A stretch of DNA of 64,000 nucleotides, taken from the NCBI GenBank assembly GCA_039621445.1, contig CP154954.1:13510716-13574715 (forward strand), in the 5' to 3' direction. Origin of the DNA: Euglena gracilis (Eukaryota). The first letter of the stretch is position 1; every line of letters begins with the position of its first letter. Positions 62,304 through 64,000 of this stretch are shown here, piece after piece. The position numbers were made by a program, and so were the translations under genes. The notes beneath the pieces were generated by a model, which was not told where the DNA came from, did no database searches, and saw only the letters and a program-made list of their open reading frames with translations.

Positions 62304-64000
62304 GCCAAACCCGTACCGGGGGTGGCCATATTCCGCGGGGCCTAATGTCAGAATCCTTTTAATTCGCACACAACTTTTGTCGTGAAAATGCCCGACGAAT
62401 ACGGAGTGTTTGCGTGATAAAACCCTGACCTCTTTTCACCATATTTTCATGAAAGTTCCAATTAGGATCAGCCTATGCTAGCGCAGGCGACAACGCCAAG
62501 GACTTCCTAGTTGGGTGTCAGGCGGGTGTATCTTCCTCTTGGAATTCGTTGATTATCTTTATTCTAACTCAAGATTCAAGCTATTTGATGGACACTGAAT
62601 GCATTGGTATTGGATAGTTTGAAGATTGAAGCAGGTATGTCCATCCGAAGGTGTCCTTTTGAAGAATTTTTCTACTGGTCTTTTCTAGTGCATCTGGACC
62701 ACTTTCAAAAATGTGGCATTTTCTCCAAAATTTGGTCCCCTGTGTATTAATTTTGAGGGCCACCATCTTGTTTGGCATGTCTTCTGCTGGGGGTCCTATT
62801 TTTATGTCTTTTTCTGAGCGTTATCAAGGTTTTCTGGTCGTGTTTTACAGTATTGTAACTTTTGCTGCCATTTCACAGAGCTCCATCTGCAGCTCTCTGT
62901 CTTTCGCCTGACGTTTTAAATACATTTTGGCCTTGCATTCCGTGTTTTCTTGCTTTTGTACTTACTTTCCTTCGCCTTCAAACTGCAATTCTGTAAATTG
63001 AACACATTGCATTGCATTGCGTCATGTTTTTTAGTGGTTCCACATTGCATGTCGTCTGTTTGTCTTTCATCCGTCATCCCTGACTCACAGGTTGAAGAGT
63101 GAAGAAACAGAAGATGAACCAAGAAGAGAGTAATGAAGTTAGGGTTTTCAGAATGTTTTTCTCAGGATCATGTGGTGTTTTGCGAAAGAAACACAGGACC
63201 CTGCCGCTGTAAATTGCATCTTCTTTGTTGCGACGTTTGCCTTTCCTTTGGTGCATTCAACAAGGTTGTTTCACTTGTTTGTTTTTGCCAAAAGAACTTT
63301 GGTTGTTCTGCGTTTCAGTTCTGAAAGCTTTCTGTTGAGACCACCCAGTTTGCGGAACACTTTTAGTGCCACAGGTGGAAACCAGTTTTGGTTCCCCAGG
63401 TGGGGACCAATTTTGGTGCCAAGGGTTTTTTTCTTGGGAAGGGGCGGGGGGGTGTTCAAAAGAAATTTATTGGTCCTTTTTATTTCCAGTCCAAAACTGA
63501 AGAGGAATTAGGCCGAATTCAATCCGTTTTTTTTCCAGAGTGGGGCTTTATGGGAGTGAATTCCCGGCAAGCCGGCTTTCGCACCGGTCGCCGGCAACAA
63601 AAACAGTTCAGTTTCTGTCTTTTACTCAATGAAAACGAACTTTTCATGCTCCGACAATTTACTCATTCAATTACGTGACACTTTTCGGCCTTGACTATTC
63701 CAGTACCGGAGTTCCTACTGCTCGCCGTTGAAGCGTCCGCCAGCATGGATGCTGTGATTAAACCTGTCGACCGCAGCCGTCGAGCGTAGTAAAAACCGGC
63801 GATGTTGGGCCGTGATGAATTTGCTCCACTTCGAATTTAGGCGCCCCCAGGTACACCGGAAGTAGGCCATATGTTGCATGCGCGACATACCCGTACACCG
63901 GAGAGTCCCTGTGTTACGGGTGTTTGCAACAGGGTTTGCGACCGGATTTTCGGTACCGGGATTCACCCTCACCAGAAAGTTCAGTATTCTGACAATAATC

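Noticed and set aside
62340-64000. Possible gene or transposon end at the window edge
   Set aside because: Only short ORFs, with no motif or terminal repeat partner visible.

Overview
This window looks like eukaryotic, repeat-saturated DNA. I found no recognisable cellular gene; almost all of it is nested, mostly decayed transposable elements. Main components: (1) a ~1.1-kb tandem array (82-6968) interrupted by a 1.7-kb non-autonomous LTR element with a self-priming signature; (2) an LTR family with unusual (C/T)GTGTAC...GTACACT ends, a tRNA-iMet-type PBS, a coiled-coil gag-like ORF and a 3' cargo ORF for an unknown CxxC-rich protein (open at 29070-31310, decayed in two other copies, one nested inside the other); (3) a miniature LTR element whose LTRs contain a tRNA-Val(CAC)-derived sequence (complete at 11082-11815, plus two more LTRs); (4) a fragmented Ty3/Gypsy element with a C5 cytosine DNA-methyltransferase between gag and protease, and probably an integrase-chromodomain piece further downstream; (5) a young 7.9-kb pol-less LTR element with a Gln/Pro-repeat ORF, inserted in a G-rich satellite; (6) a second self-priming LTR element; (7) remnants of LINE (RNase H and RLE types), DIRS-like RT, a hAT transposase and MITE-like elements. 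All calls come from reading and translating by eye; no database search was run, and pseudogene boundaries are approximate.
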